The position numbers were made by a program, and so were the translations under genes. The notes under the pieces are model-generated. The model did no database searches. It was given only the letters and a program-made list of their open reading frames with translations, and was not told the origin of the DNA. Shown one piece after another: positions 1 to 8,170 of a stretch of 24,100 bases of DNA; position 1 is the first letter of the stretch, and each line of letters starts with the position of its first letter. This DNA is from Polyangiaceae bacterium (GTDB lineage: Bacteria > Myxococcota_A > Polyangia > Polyangiales > Polyangiaceae): positions 1-24,100 of the forward strand of contig JAPSGB010000057.1 in NCBI GenBank assembly GCA_035063585.1, given 5' to 3'.

Positions 1-2
1 GA

Positions 3-192
3 ACGCGTCACGAATCGCCGCTCTCTCCGGCACAACGCGGTTTCGCGACGCGTGCCCACGCCGTCCGAGCGCCCCGCGTGCCGTCGCGCGCGCAAGACGC
101 GTCACGAATCGACGTTCTCCCCCGCACAACCCACTTTCGTGACCCGTCCGCGCCTCTCCGCGCTCTACCGCGTCCCCCGAACGCGTCACGAA
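3..192. repeat. REP-like tandem hairpin units (ACGCGTCACGAA-N27-TTCGYGACSCGT); third unit cut by the IS21 end
   Basis: ACGCGTCACGAA at 3, 97 and 181. Near-perfect reverse complements at 42-53 and 136-147. Both complete loops contain GCACAAC. Confidence 0.75.
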
Positions 193-810
193 TGTGCGTT
201 CCGGAAAGTCTGCGGCGTCGATTCCGGAAACTCTGCGGTTTCCCGGCGCAACCTGTTCGCCGCCGGCGAGCTCGTCGACGGGGATGTGCTTGAGCCTTAC
301 GGACGGGCCGTCGAGGCGTAGGGGCGACCTCGCTCGAGGATACGATCAACGATGGCGTCGGCCAGGTCGCCCTCGTGAAGCAACTCGCCCCAGCGCTTGG
401 GGTGCTTGTTCGTGGTGAACACCATCGCGCGTCGCCTGATGTGGCGCTCGTTGACCACGTGGTAGACGACGTTGGCTGCGTCGGCGCTGCCGCTCGAGCA
501 GCCGACCTCGTCCACGATCAGCACGTGTGGGCGCAAGTAGGGGGCGAGAGCGTCGCGCATGCGGCCGGCGCGGCTCGCGACGGAGAGCTCATCGATGAGC
601 CCGGCGGCGGTGGCGAAGCGCGCGTCGAATCCGTTCTGCAGCGCCCTGTACGCGACAGCGCTCGCGAGGCGCGTCTTGCCGCGACCGGGCTTGCCAAGGA
701 GGATGGCGGGGCGGCCCTCGGTCACGAAGTCGGGTGCGAGGAGCGAGCCGACCATCATGAGACGCGGCGTCGATTGGTAGGTGAAGTCGAATTCCTCGAC
801 TACGCGGCGC
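193..810 (-). mobile_element. istB: IS21-family remnant: terminal repeat plus truncated, frameshifted IstB ATPase
   Basis: Walker A GKPGRGKT, Walker B LIVDEVG, FTTNK and DAIVDRILE motifs. After a frameshift near 322 another frame continues LRLDGPSVR. The end at 193 starts TGT and carries TTCCGGAAANTCTGCGG twice (199, 222), as expected for IS21 multiple terminal repeats. The N-terminus and istA are absent. Confidence 0.9.
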
Positions 811-817
811 GGTAACA

Positions 818-1109
818 TCGCTGCTCGCGTCCGACCGACGCCACCGCCTCGATCCCGAGACATAGCTGCGCGAGGTGTTCCGCGTGCTCGCCCACTGGCC
901 GCGCGACCGCTACCTCGAGTTCGCCCCGCGCTACTGGGCCGAGACCCGCTCCCGCCTCGATCTCGCCGAGCTCGCCCTCGAGATCGCACGGCTCACCGTG
1001 CCGCTGCCGCAAGAGAAGCCGGCTTCGGACTGATCGGCTCGCCGCGTGCACGCCGGCGTCATGCGGCGGCTACGTGGCCGGCGCGAGACGGGGTCCGTGC
1101 AGCGGATAC
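818..1109 (+). mobile_element. IS66-family remnant: transposase C-terminus (818-1033) with in-frame stop, plus right terminal repeat
   Basis: Frame 818-1033 reads SLLASDRRHRLDPET*LREVFRVLAHWPRDRYLEFAPRYW, matching the IS66 TnpC C-terminal pattern (TAG at 863). It ends ...GCAGCGGATAC at 1109, whose reverse complement starts GTA as IS66 ends do. Confidence 0.8.
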
Positions 1110-1227
1110 GCCGACGCTGGCGCTGGGCTCAGGCGACCTGACGCAGGGCCAGCAGCAGGCGGTGCTGGATGCGGCGACGGCGCATCTGCGCCGGACGCCG
1201 GGGGGCGACAGGCGCGACGCCGGCTGA
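1110..1227 (+). pseudogene. C-terminal remnant of a gene interrupted by the IS66 element
   Basis: PTLALGSGDLTQGQQQAVLDAATAHLRR...* starts right at the IS66 end, with coding-like CTG/CAG/GCG codons matching the next gene. Confidence 0.45.
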
Positions 1228-1259
1228 TACCACCTCAGAATGCACGCTAGGCAGGCGCG

Positions 1260-2024
1260 ATGGGAACCCGCGTGAAGACGGCCATGACCGGCGAGACCCC
1301 GGTTCCAACGACATGGAGCGCGCTTCTTGACCGCTATGGCGCGAGCCCGGGCGCGGATCGGCGCGGCTTTGACTATTTCCACAGCCGCCTCGAGGGAAAA
1401 TCGGCGGAGAGCCTGCTGTTCGCCGTGCCCTTCCAGTCCTGCGCGGAGGTAGTCGCGACTACGCTGGTTCTGGGCGATGTGGGCGTGGCCGCAGGGCAGA
1501 TCGCGGCGCTGGCGCCCTGGCTTGGGCAGGTCGCGCAGGGCGGTGCGGGGGTGCTGCCCCGGGCCGGGATGACGGCGCTGGGGCTGATCGCCATGGCCGA
1601 AATGACGCGGGCCACCGGCCTGCCGGTGGATGCCGGCGCCGCGCCGCGCCTGCTGCCCGGCCTGTTCGATTTAGAGGCCGCGGAGGACCGCCGCGCGGCC
1701 ATCTGGGCGCATCTGGCCTTTGGCGCGGTGGAGGGACTGGGGGACTTGCTGCCCGGCGACCTCGCCGCGCCATCCGAGGATGGCGCCTTTGGCCCCAACG
1801 TGCAGGGCGCGCAAGTCGAGATCGCCCGCGCCATCGCGCATCGCGCCGCGCCGGAGTCGGTGGCGGCGGCCTGGGACAGCTATCGCGCTCATGTCCCGCG
1901 GCTGATCGCCGCGGGGCAGGGCAGCATGCTGGAACTGATCCTCGCCGCCCGCGCCGTGGGCTGCGTGCTGGGCGGGCAGGCGGGGCCGCGGGTGCTGGAC
2001 GGCCTGCGCGCGGCGGTGCGCTGA
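1260..2024 (+). CDS. hypothetical, probably alpha-helical protein (start may be the downstream ATG at 1284)
   Basis: 254-aa ORF with strong GC3 bias and normal amino-acid composition. Leu is mostly CTG, unlike the CTC-dominated core genes. Confidence 0.75.
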   Translation: MGTRVKTAMTGETPVPTTWSALLDRYGASPGADRRGFDYFHSRLEGKSAESLLFAVPFQSCAEVVATTLVLGDVGVAAGQIAALAPWLGQVAQGGAGVLPRAGMTALGLIAMAEMTRATGLPVDAGAAPRLLPGLFDLEAAEDRRAAIWAHLAFGAVEGLGDLLPGDLAAPSEDGAFGPNVQGAQVEIARAIAHRAAPESVAAAWDSYRAHVPRLIAAGQGSMLELILAARAVGCVLGGQAGPRVLDGLRAAVR

Positions 2025-2306
2025 TGCCCGCCGGCGTCCTCGCTCCAGTTACGCCTTCGTGGAGCTGGCCGCGCGGTTCGTGGTCGCGCGAGCGCTCGGT
2101 GCGGCGCGCGCGGTCGGGCTCGAGCTCGGGAGGCTCGCGGTGATGGTGAGGGGGGAGCCGGGATGAAGGCGCGGCGGGAGGGCGCGACGTGCGTCGAGCC
2201 GCTCGAGGGTGGCGCGCCTCGGGGTGGCGGCTCGGCGCGCGCGCAGGCTACCCGCGCGCGGGAGCCGCTACCGCGGGGTGGATCGCCTCTGATATCGTCC
2301 GGCGCG

Positions 2307-3023
2307 ATGCGCTCGCCGCTGCTGCTCGCGCTCGCCACGGCCGTTGGCGCATGTGGCGCGAGCGCGCCTTCGCCAACCGTGCCTGCGGCAGCTCCGCGCG
2401 CGGCCGCCACCATGCCGTCCCCTTCCCCCGCGACGAAGCTCCCTCCCATCATCCAGACCGGCGCCCCCGTGCTCCGATCGCGCGCCCGAGAGGTCGCGCC
2501 CGAGCGCATCCCGAGCCCGGAAATGCAGGAGCTCGTCGCGACGATGATTGCGACCATGCGCGCGGCGCCCGGGGTCGGGCTCGCGGCCCCGCAGATCGGC
2601 GTGCCGCTCCGCGTGATCGTGCTCGAGGACCGCGAGGAGCTCCAGAAATACCTCACGCCCGTCGAGCGGCGCGAGCGCGAGCGCGCCCCATTTCCGACCA
2701 GGGTCTTCTTCAACCCGGTGCTCACGCCGCTCGGCGACGCGCACGCGATGTTCTTCGAGGGCTGCCTCAGCGTGAGCGGCTTCGCGGGGCTCGTCGAGCG
2801 GAGCCTCGAGGTCGAGGTGAGCGGCCTCGACGAGCAAGCGCGCCCACAGACATGGCGCGTGCGCGGGTGGCCGGCGCGGATCCTCCAGCACGAGGTCGAT
2901 CACCTCGAGGGCACGCTCTACGTCGATCGCATGCAGACGCGCTCGTTCTCGACGGCCGCGCAGGCGAAGGCGCTCTACGGGGGCAAGCCGATAGCCGAGA
3001 TCCGGCGCATGCTCGGGCTCTAA
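2307..3023 (+). CDS. def: peptide deformylase (PDF1A-like) with putative lipoprotein signal (alternative start 2412)
   Basis: All three PDF motifs are intact: GVGLAAPQIG, EGCLS and QHEVDHLEG. Confidence 0.95.
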   Translation: MRSPLLLALATAVGACGASAPSPTVPAAAPRAAATMPSPSPATKLPPIIQTGAPVLRSRAREVAPERIPSPEMQELVATMIATMRAAPGVGLAAPQIGVPLRVIVLEDREELQKYLTPVERRERERAPFPTRVFFNPVLTPLGDAHAMFFEGCLSVSGFAGLVERSLEVEVSGLDEQARPQTWRVRGWPARILQHEVDHLEGTLYVDRMQTRSFSTAAQAKALYGGKPIAEIRRMLGL

Positions 3024-3038
3024 GGATTGAGGAGTACC

Positions 3039-3998
3039 GTGACTGGGAAGTTTGCGCTGAGAGTGGCAGTGGCGTGTTCGGTGGCGTGGCTCGGCTGCTC
3101 CGCGGAGCCGCCATCCAGCGGCCCCGGCGTGGCGGACGCGGGAGACGACTCGACGACGAGCGGACGTGACGGGTCGACCGCGGCGGACGCTGCGCTCGAC
3201 GGGGAGGGCCGCCCCGACGGGGACATCCCCGACGCGACCGTGACCGATCCGTGCCTGGATAGCTCGGAGGAGGACCCGGGGCTCGCCAACGCCGAGTGCT
3301 ACTGCGAGGACTACGGGCTTCGCCGACCCGAGGCGGTGCTGGAGGAGGGCTTCGATCGCTCGATGGTTCGCACGGACGTGCCTTTTGGGAGCGCGTTCAC
3401 CACGAATCAGGCCTCGCGCTATCGGTTCGAGGGGCCCGAGTGGATTGGCGAGGCCGAGGGGCGCGCCTTCTTGGCCGGCGGAGCGCGGGCCAGCGTGTAC
3501 GCGAGCTTCATGGGGCGCCCGCGGATGAAGGGAGCCTATCTGGCGATCCCGTTCTTCGTTCCCAAGTCCGCCCCGGACATGACGTTCCGGCTGACCTACA
3601 CGCCCGACGGGCAGTCGTTCAGCTATCCATCCATGGGGATCTCCTTCACGACGAGCCCCTGCGTCGGGGACTTCCGCGCGCGCTCCGAGGCGCAGCAGCG
3701 AGCCTCCACCGACCCTGAGTACGCGTATTTCGAGGGGGGGTTCACGTTCGGAGTCGCCGACGATCCGGCGGCGGCCGATCGAGAGGCGTGGGGCGTCGGC
3801 GCCATCCTTCGGAAGGGGCGCGTGTTCTACTTGAACGTGTCGGAGCACCTGTGGCTGAGCGGCGGTGAGTACCGCTGTCCCGACGAGGAGCCGATCGACG
3901 AGACAGCGTTCGACGCGACTCAAGTCGACCGGCTGCGCAACTTCGGGTGCGGTGGGCTCGTGGTGCTCCAGAGGAGTGCGCCTCCGACCTCTCCTTGA
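3039..3998 (+). CDS. hypothetical Cys-containing lipoprotein
   Basis: GAGGAG at 3029-3034 before GTG 3039. Signal ends VAWLG-C, followed by an Asp/Gly/Ala-rich linker and a globular region with several Cys. Confidence 0.75.
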   Translation: MTGKFALRVAVACSVAWLGCSAEPPSSGPGVADAGDDSTTSGRDGSTAADAALDGEGRPDGDIPDATVTDPCLDSSEEDPGLANAECYCEDYGLRRPEAVLEEGFDRSMVRTDVPFGSAFTTNQASRYRFEGPEWIGEAEGRAFLAGGARASVYASFMGRPRMKGAYLAIPFFVPKSAPDMTFRLTYTPDGQSFSYPSMGISFTTSPCVGDFRARSEAQQRASTDPEYAYFEGGFTFGVADDPAAADREAWGVGAILRKGRVFYLNVSEHLWLSGGEYRCPDEEPIDETAFDATQVDRLRNFGCGGLVVLQRSAPPTSP

Positions 3999-4073
3999 CG
4001 AGCGTCGAGCGCGTCTCGGCGGCGCCGGGCGCTCGCCCGCGAGCGCCTTCAGGGCAGCCCGCGTCGTCCGGAG

Positions 4074-4211
4074 CGCGCCGCCGGCCGCGACGGGCTGACA
4101 ATAGGTCAACATTCATGCTCGTGTAACAACGACGCGGCGCGCGGGCCGGGCGTGCCTCTGGGGGCGGTCCGGCGCGGCCGGCGGCGCGCGGCGAGGGCCC
4201 GTCGAGCGCGG
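4074..4211. repeat. 138-bp structured intergenic element, copy 1
   Basis: Ungapped match to 7871-8008 (16 mismatches by hand count). Has a 16-bp terminal stem and a TGAC-N5-GTCA core. Confidence 0.9.
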
Positions 4212-4252
4212 CGCGGCCGGCGGCGCGGGGCGAAGTTGAATCGATCGGGGCG

Positions 4253-4553
4253 CCCGACATCCGGCGCATCATCCACACCACGAACGCCATCGAGTCGCTG
4301 AACTCGTCGCTCCGCAAGCTCGTCCACCATCGCGGCCACTTCCCGAGCGACGGGGCCGTCACGAAGCTGCTCTACCTGCCGCTGCGCAACATCGAACAGC
4401 GGCGGAACCGCTGCGCCCGCGAGTGGAGCAAAGCGCTCGGCCAGTTCGTCGTCTTCTTCGAAGGACGCCTCCCGTCCGCCTGACCAACGACAACCCCTCA
4501 ACCCCGACCGGCTACGTTGACCGCGTCAAGTTACACAGAAGATCTGACAAGCT
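4253..4553 (+). mobile_element. IS256-family remnant: transposase C-terminus (4253-4483) and right inverted repeat
   Basis: PDIRRIIHTTNAIESLNSSLRKLVHHRGHFPSDGAVTKLLYL...WSKALGQFVVFFEGR* is the typical IS256 C-terminus. TTACACAGAAGATCTGACA at 4531-4549 resembles an IS256 right end. Confidence 0.9.
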
Positions 4554-4988
4554 TGGGTCTGGCCGACCGGGTGCACGAACGCGGCGCTCGCCCCGCCAGA
4601 AGAGGCGCCGGCTCCAGACGCGGCCGGGGCGGTCGGGAAGGGCGCGGAGAGCGCCTCTTCGACGGCGTCGCGAGCGGCGCCGCTCCCGGCGGCAGTGAGC
4701 ACGCGCGCGCAGCGATCGTCCGACCTCGCGGCCCAGAACGATCTCTTCGAGGTCGCGCTCGCGAGCAAGCGCGCTGGCGACGCGGCCGGCGCGCTCGCGG
4801 CGCTCGAGCGGCTGCTAGCGCGGTATCCGGCGAGCCACCTCGCGCAGAGCGCGCGCGCCGAGCGCATGAAGCTCCTCGGAGGCATCGACGGCGACCGCGA
4901 CCGCGCGGCAGCGAAGGACTACCTCTACAGGTATCCGAGCGGGTTCGCACGCGCCGACGCGATACTCATCGTCTCGCAGCACGAGTGA
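4554..4988 (+). pseudogene. 3' fragment of a FecR/anti-sigma-type protein with C-terminal TPR-like helices, truncated by IS256
   Basis: The frame is open from the IS end: WPTGC, a Pro/Ala linker, then SDLAAQNDLF...ALAALERLLARYPASHLA...AAKDYLYRYPSG. No convincing start codon. Confidence 0.65.
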
Positions 4989-5248
4989 CGCGGCCTATCG
5001 CCCGGGGCACGGCCGACACTACGGCGCGACCGCCTGATCGAACGCGAAGAAGATCCCGACGGGATCGCCATCGCGATGGCTACTTCCTCGGCAGGGTGCC
5101 TTCTCGAAGACCGGGAGCACGGTCTCGGCGCGTCTGCATCGGCACCCGTCCGTCATCGGCGACACGGGCCCGTCGGTCGTCTGGGGGAACCCAAGGAAGG
5201 CCGCGGCTGTGCGCCGCGCGATGAACGACGCGGAGGCCATCGTCTCCC

Positions 5249-5298
5249 TGGCCCCATGACCCTGCGAAAGGGTGGCCCCATGACCCTGCAAACTGGCA
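5249..5298. mobile_element. isolated IS21-like terminal repeat
   Basis: The 17-mer TGGCCCCATGACCCTGC occurs twice (5249, 5273; 24-bp period), followed by AAACTGGCA ending in CA. Confidence 0.6.
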
Positions 5299-5398
5299 AT
5301 CGCGCTCGATTTGCCTACGCGCTCGTCGCGTCGCCCGCCACCGAGGCGCGCCGGGGTCGTCGCGTGAACGGCGTCGGTCGCCGCGACGCTCGACGCGC

Positions 5399-6100
5399 TC
5401 ACAGCGCCAGCGCGTCTGGCTGGAACGCACATGACAACCCCAGGGTCAGCGTGGTCGCGCTCAGCCCGACGCGGCGCTGTCCGATCGTGACGTCGTCCGC
5501 TTGGATCCGTGACACGTCGAGGCCAAGCGAGAGATCCGATCCGTAGTTTTGGTAGAGGACGAACGCTATGCCCCCGCCGAAGCGAAAGCCCTCGGTATCA
5601 TAGGAGCTCGTCGCCAGGTCGACCGTGGTGCTCTGATACCCGGCGCGACCTGCCAGGCTGAGGCGGCCAAATCCGACCATCGCCGTGGGAGACACGTGCC
5701 AGCCGGAGTACGAGAGCGTCCCAAGCCCAGATGGGGCCGTCTCCGACTCGCTCGTCAGCGTGTACCCGCCGACGACCCCGACGGCGAACAGATCGCCCGG
5801 CACCACCAACAAGCCCGTCATGTCGAGGTCGAGTACCGTGCTCGATTGTGAGGCGGTGCTGCCCTGGGGGCCCGCCTGAGAGTACTCCGCCCAGCTCTTG
5901 CCGGCGCGAAGCGCGGGGAACAGCCCGAACGCAAATTTGGAGGCAGAGACCTTGGCTTCGCTCGAGCTCTCGGCCTCGCCGGGCTCGATGGGAGCGGGCG
6001 CGTAGGATGGCAGCCCGGTGCGGTCGGCACGGGCTGTCCGTGCCGCGAAGGAGGCGGCCAGTACACAGCACGCGGTCACGACCGGCCGCATCATCCTCAT
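5399..6100 (-). CDS. outer-membrane beta-barrel protein (small, OmpA-transmembrane-like)
   Basis: Signal peptide ending ARA-D. Multiple alternating Gly/aromatic strands (AVGVVGGYTL, LSLAGRAGYQ, FRFGGGIAFV, LTLGLSCAF). The ATG overlaps the upstream stop (ATGA). Confidence 0.8.
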   Translation of the reverse strand: MRMMRPVVTACCVLAASFAARTARADRTGLPSYAPAPIEPGEAESSSEAKVSASKFAFGLFPALRAGKSWAEYSQAGPQGSTASQSSTVLDLDMTGLLVVPGDLFAVGVVGGYTLTSESETAPSGLGTLSYSGWHVSPTAMVGFGRLSLAGRAGYQSTTVDLATSSYDTEGFRFGGGIAFVLYQNYGSDLSLGLDVSRIQADDVTIGQRRVGLSATTLTLGLSCAFQPDALAL

Positions 6101-6342
6101 CGACGCGACCTGCAAGCAGCTTGTTGGAGTCGTCCGGATTCGCCAATCCCGATGGTGCAGCCCTTGTCGTCGAAAATGGGCTTGTTCTCGAAGTGGGTCG
6201 TTCCGGGCGGTGAAGTCGAGGGGGAGTTCACGACGTTGTCCCACACCCCGGCGGGCCGCGCGGCTCTGCCTGGACCAATCCTCCCACACGCGAAGGCCCC
6301 TAGCCCGGTGAGCGCGAGTGTCAGGAAAACTCGAGCGTGCAT
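6097..6342 (-). CDS. small (81 aa) putative lipoprotein
   Basis: MHARVFLTLALTGLGAFA-C signal/lipobox-like sequence. The stop overlaps the barrel gene start by 4 nt. Two further Cys near the C-terminus. Confidence 0.65.
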   Translation of the reverse strand: MHARVFLTLALTGLGAFACGRIGPGRAARPAGVWDNVVNSPSTSPPGTTHFENKPIFDDKGCTIGIGESGRLQQAACRSRR

Positions 6343-6408
6343 GAAAGCTCGAGCGATACATCTTCACCTAGCGAAGAGTCCAAGGGTTTGTCGACCGAGG
6401 TCCGAGTT

Positions 6409-7470
6409 GGGCGCGGCTCTTCTCCGGCGTGGGTGGATCCTAGCGAGATCGATCACTTGACCCTCCTGAGGCGCGGCTTCGGAGCGGGAAGCTGCTCAGG
6501 GATCTTGGCGTCCTCGTAGCGTGACGCGTGGTTGCGGTCCTTCTCGCGCTCGAGATGAAACCTCCAGTAGTCGTCGAAGTCCTTCGATGCGCGGAGCGCA
6601 CGAAGGCGCAGGACGGCTTCCGCGCCGGTCAGCGACCAGCGAGAGCCGGTTCGGTCCATCCTGTCCTTCACGACGTACCGGCAGGCGCCCTCGATGACGC
6701 CCGCGGCGATCGGCAGGCCGTCGCGCAGGGCGTCCTGATGGCGGAGCAGTCGTGTACGCGTGCGGTCAGCGAGGTACGCGCAGGCCTTGTCGATCGCGGC
6801 GTGGCCGGCGGCGTCGAGCTTCTTGTCGCGTGCCCCCCACCAGCGCATCGTCTGGGCGACGTCGCCGCCGCTGCGGCCAATGAGGAGCGCGAGGGGGCGA
6901 TCGCCGACCCACTTCTTGGCCTTGGGGTTGCTCCCACCGAACAGCGCTCGCGCGGCGGCCCAGATGTACTCGAGCACATGGACGATGTCGGCGAGGATGG
7001 TGACCTTGACGCAGGCACGTCGCGCCTCGGCTTTCACGGCACGGAGTTGCTTCGGCTCACCGTCGACGAGCACGACCCAGCGCCGAGCTCTCTTCGGATC
7101 GCGGCGAAGGGCTTCCTCGAACGCGTCGCGAATCACGCGGCGCGCTGTCTTCTCGACGCTCGCCCACACGCGCTTGTCGGTGGGCCGAGGACGCTTGGCG
7201 TCGACCTCCTCGGCGTCGCGCAGCGAGAGCGGGATGTCGGCCAGACCGCGCGGAAACGGCGCGATCGAGTACACGGTCGCGACCTGCGCCATGCGCTTGC
7301 GGTTGCCCCTTTCGCCGGGAGTGAGGCGCGTCTCGAGCTTGCGACCGCTCTTCTCGGCGGCGCGTCGCGTGCCCTCGCGCAGGTCCTCGTGACGCATCAC
7401 GATGCCCTTGCCGTCGGTGCTGATGATGAGGAAATCGTCCTTGGGGTCGCGCGCGGCGGCGTGCTGCCTG
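6409..7470 (-). mobile_element. ISKra4-family (Mutator-like) transposase, 5'-truncated, with right terminal repeat; CDS stop at 6453
   Basis: STDGKGIVMR, KRMAQVATVY, WVVLVDG, DIVHVLEY, GVIEGACRYVVKDRMD and WSLTGAEAVLRLRA motifs. GGGCGCGGCTCTTCT at 6409 is the likely end. Similarity fades upstream of ~7470. Confidence 0.85.
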
Positions 7471-7870
7471 GGGCCTGATACGCCCGTCGCGGCACCGCGC
7501 TCCGGTGTAAGCTTGCTTATCGTGTGAGCACCGAGCACAAGCGGAGAGCGCGCACCTGCTCCGGCCGATAGCCATGGTTCGACGCCTCCGGGAGCTTCCA
7601 GCGGCGCAGCGCGCGGAACTCACATGAGTCACGATTGAGCAAGAACGATTCCTGACTTCTACGCGCGTGCCACGGTGTCCGGACCGCATGGCGGGCGCGC
7701 CCCGTCGCGCTCGTCGCGGTCCCGAACGGCATTGGATCACCTAGGCTCGGGAAACGAGGCGACTCTTCGGCAAGCGTAGGCCGGGTCGCATAGAGCGAAG
7801 CGAGACGCCCCGTGGCAGCGGTCCGCACGCCTACCGAACCCCCTCCCGCCGCGCCTGCTGAGCCCCGTGC

Positions 7871-8008
7871 CGCGCCGCCGGCCACGACGGGCTGACAATA
7901 CGTCAACATTTGTGTTGCTGGAGCAACCATGCGTCGCGCGGGCCGGGCGTGCCTCTGGGGACGGTCCGGCGCGGCCGGCGACGCGGGGCGAGGGCTCGTC
8001 GAGCGCGG
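7871..8008. repeat. 138-bp structured intergenic element, copy 2
   Basis: Direct repeat of 4074-4211, about 88% identical. Confidence 0.9.
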
Positions 8009-8170
8009 ACGGCGGCGCGGCGGACGGCGGACGGCGGAGACTTGCCTGAGCGGACGTGCAGCGCGGGCGCGCGGGGCGACTGGCGTTATCTTGGCGCGTT
8101 GGGCTGGGGCCCGATAGACTTCGTTTCATGAGGCCCCGCTTCGGCGCGGGCGCCGGAACCCGAGGTCGAA

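Noticed and set aside
2268..4112. 614-aa minus-strand ORF and similar long antisense ORFs across the window
   Set aside because: Mirror frames of real plus-strand genes; stop codons are scarce in high-GC DNA.
4074..4241. Integron attC site
   Set aside because: GTTGAAT follows copy 1 only. There is no proper RYYYAAC partner, no cassette array and no integrase.
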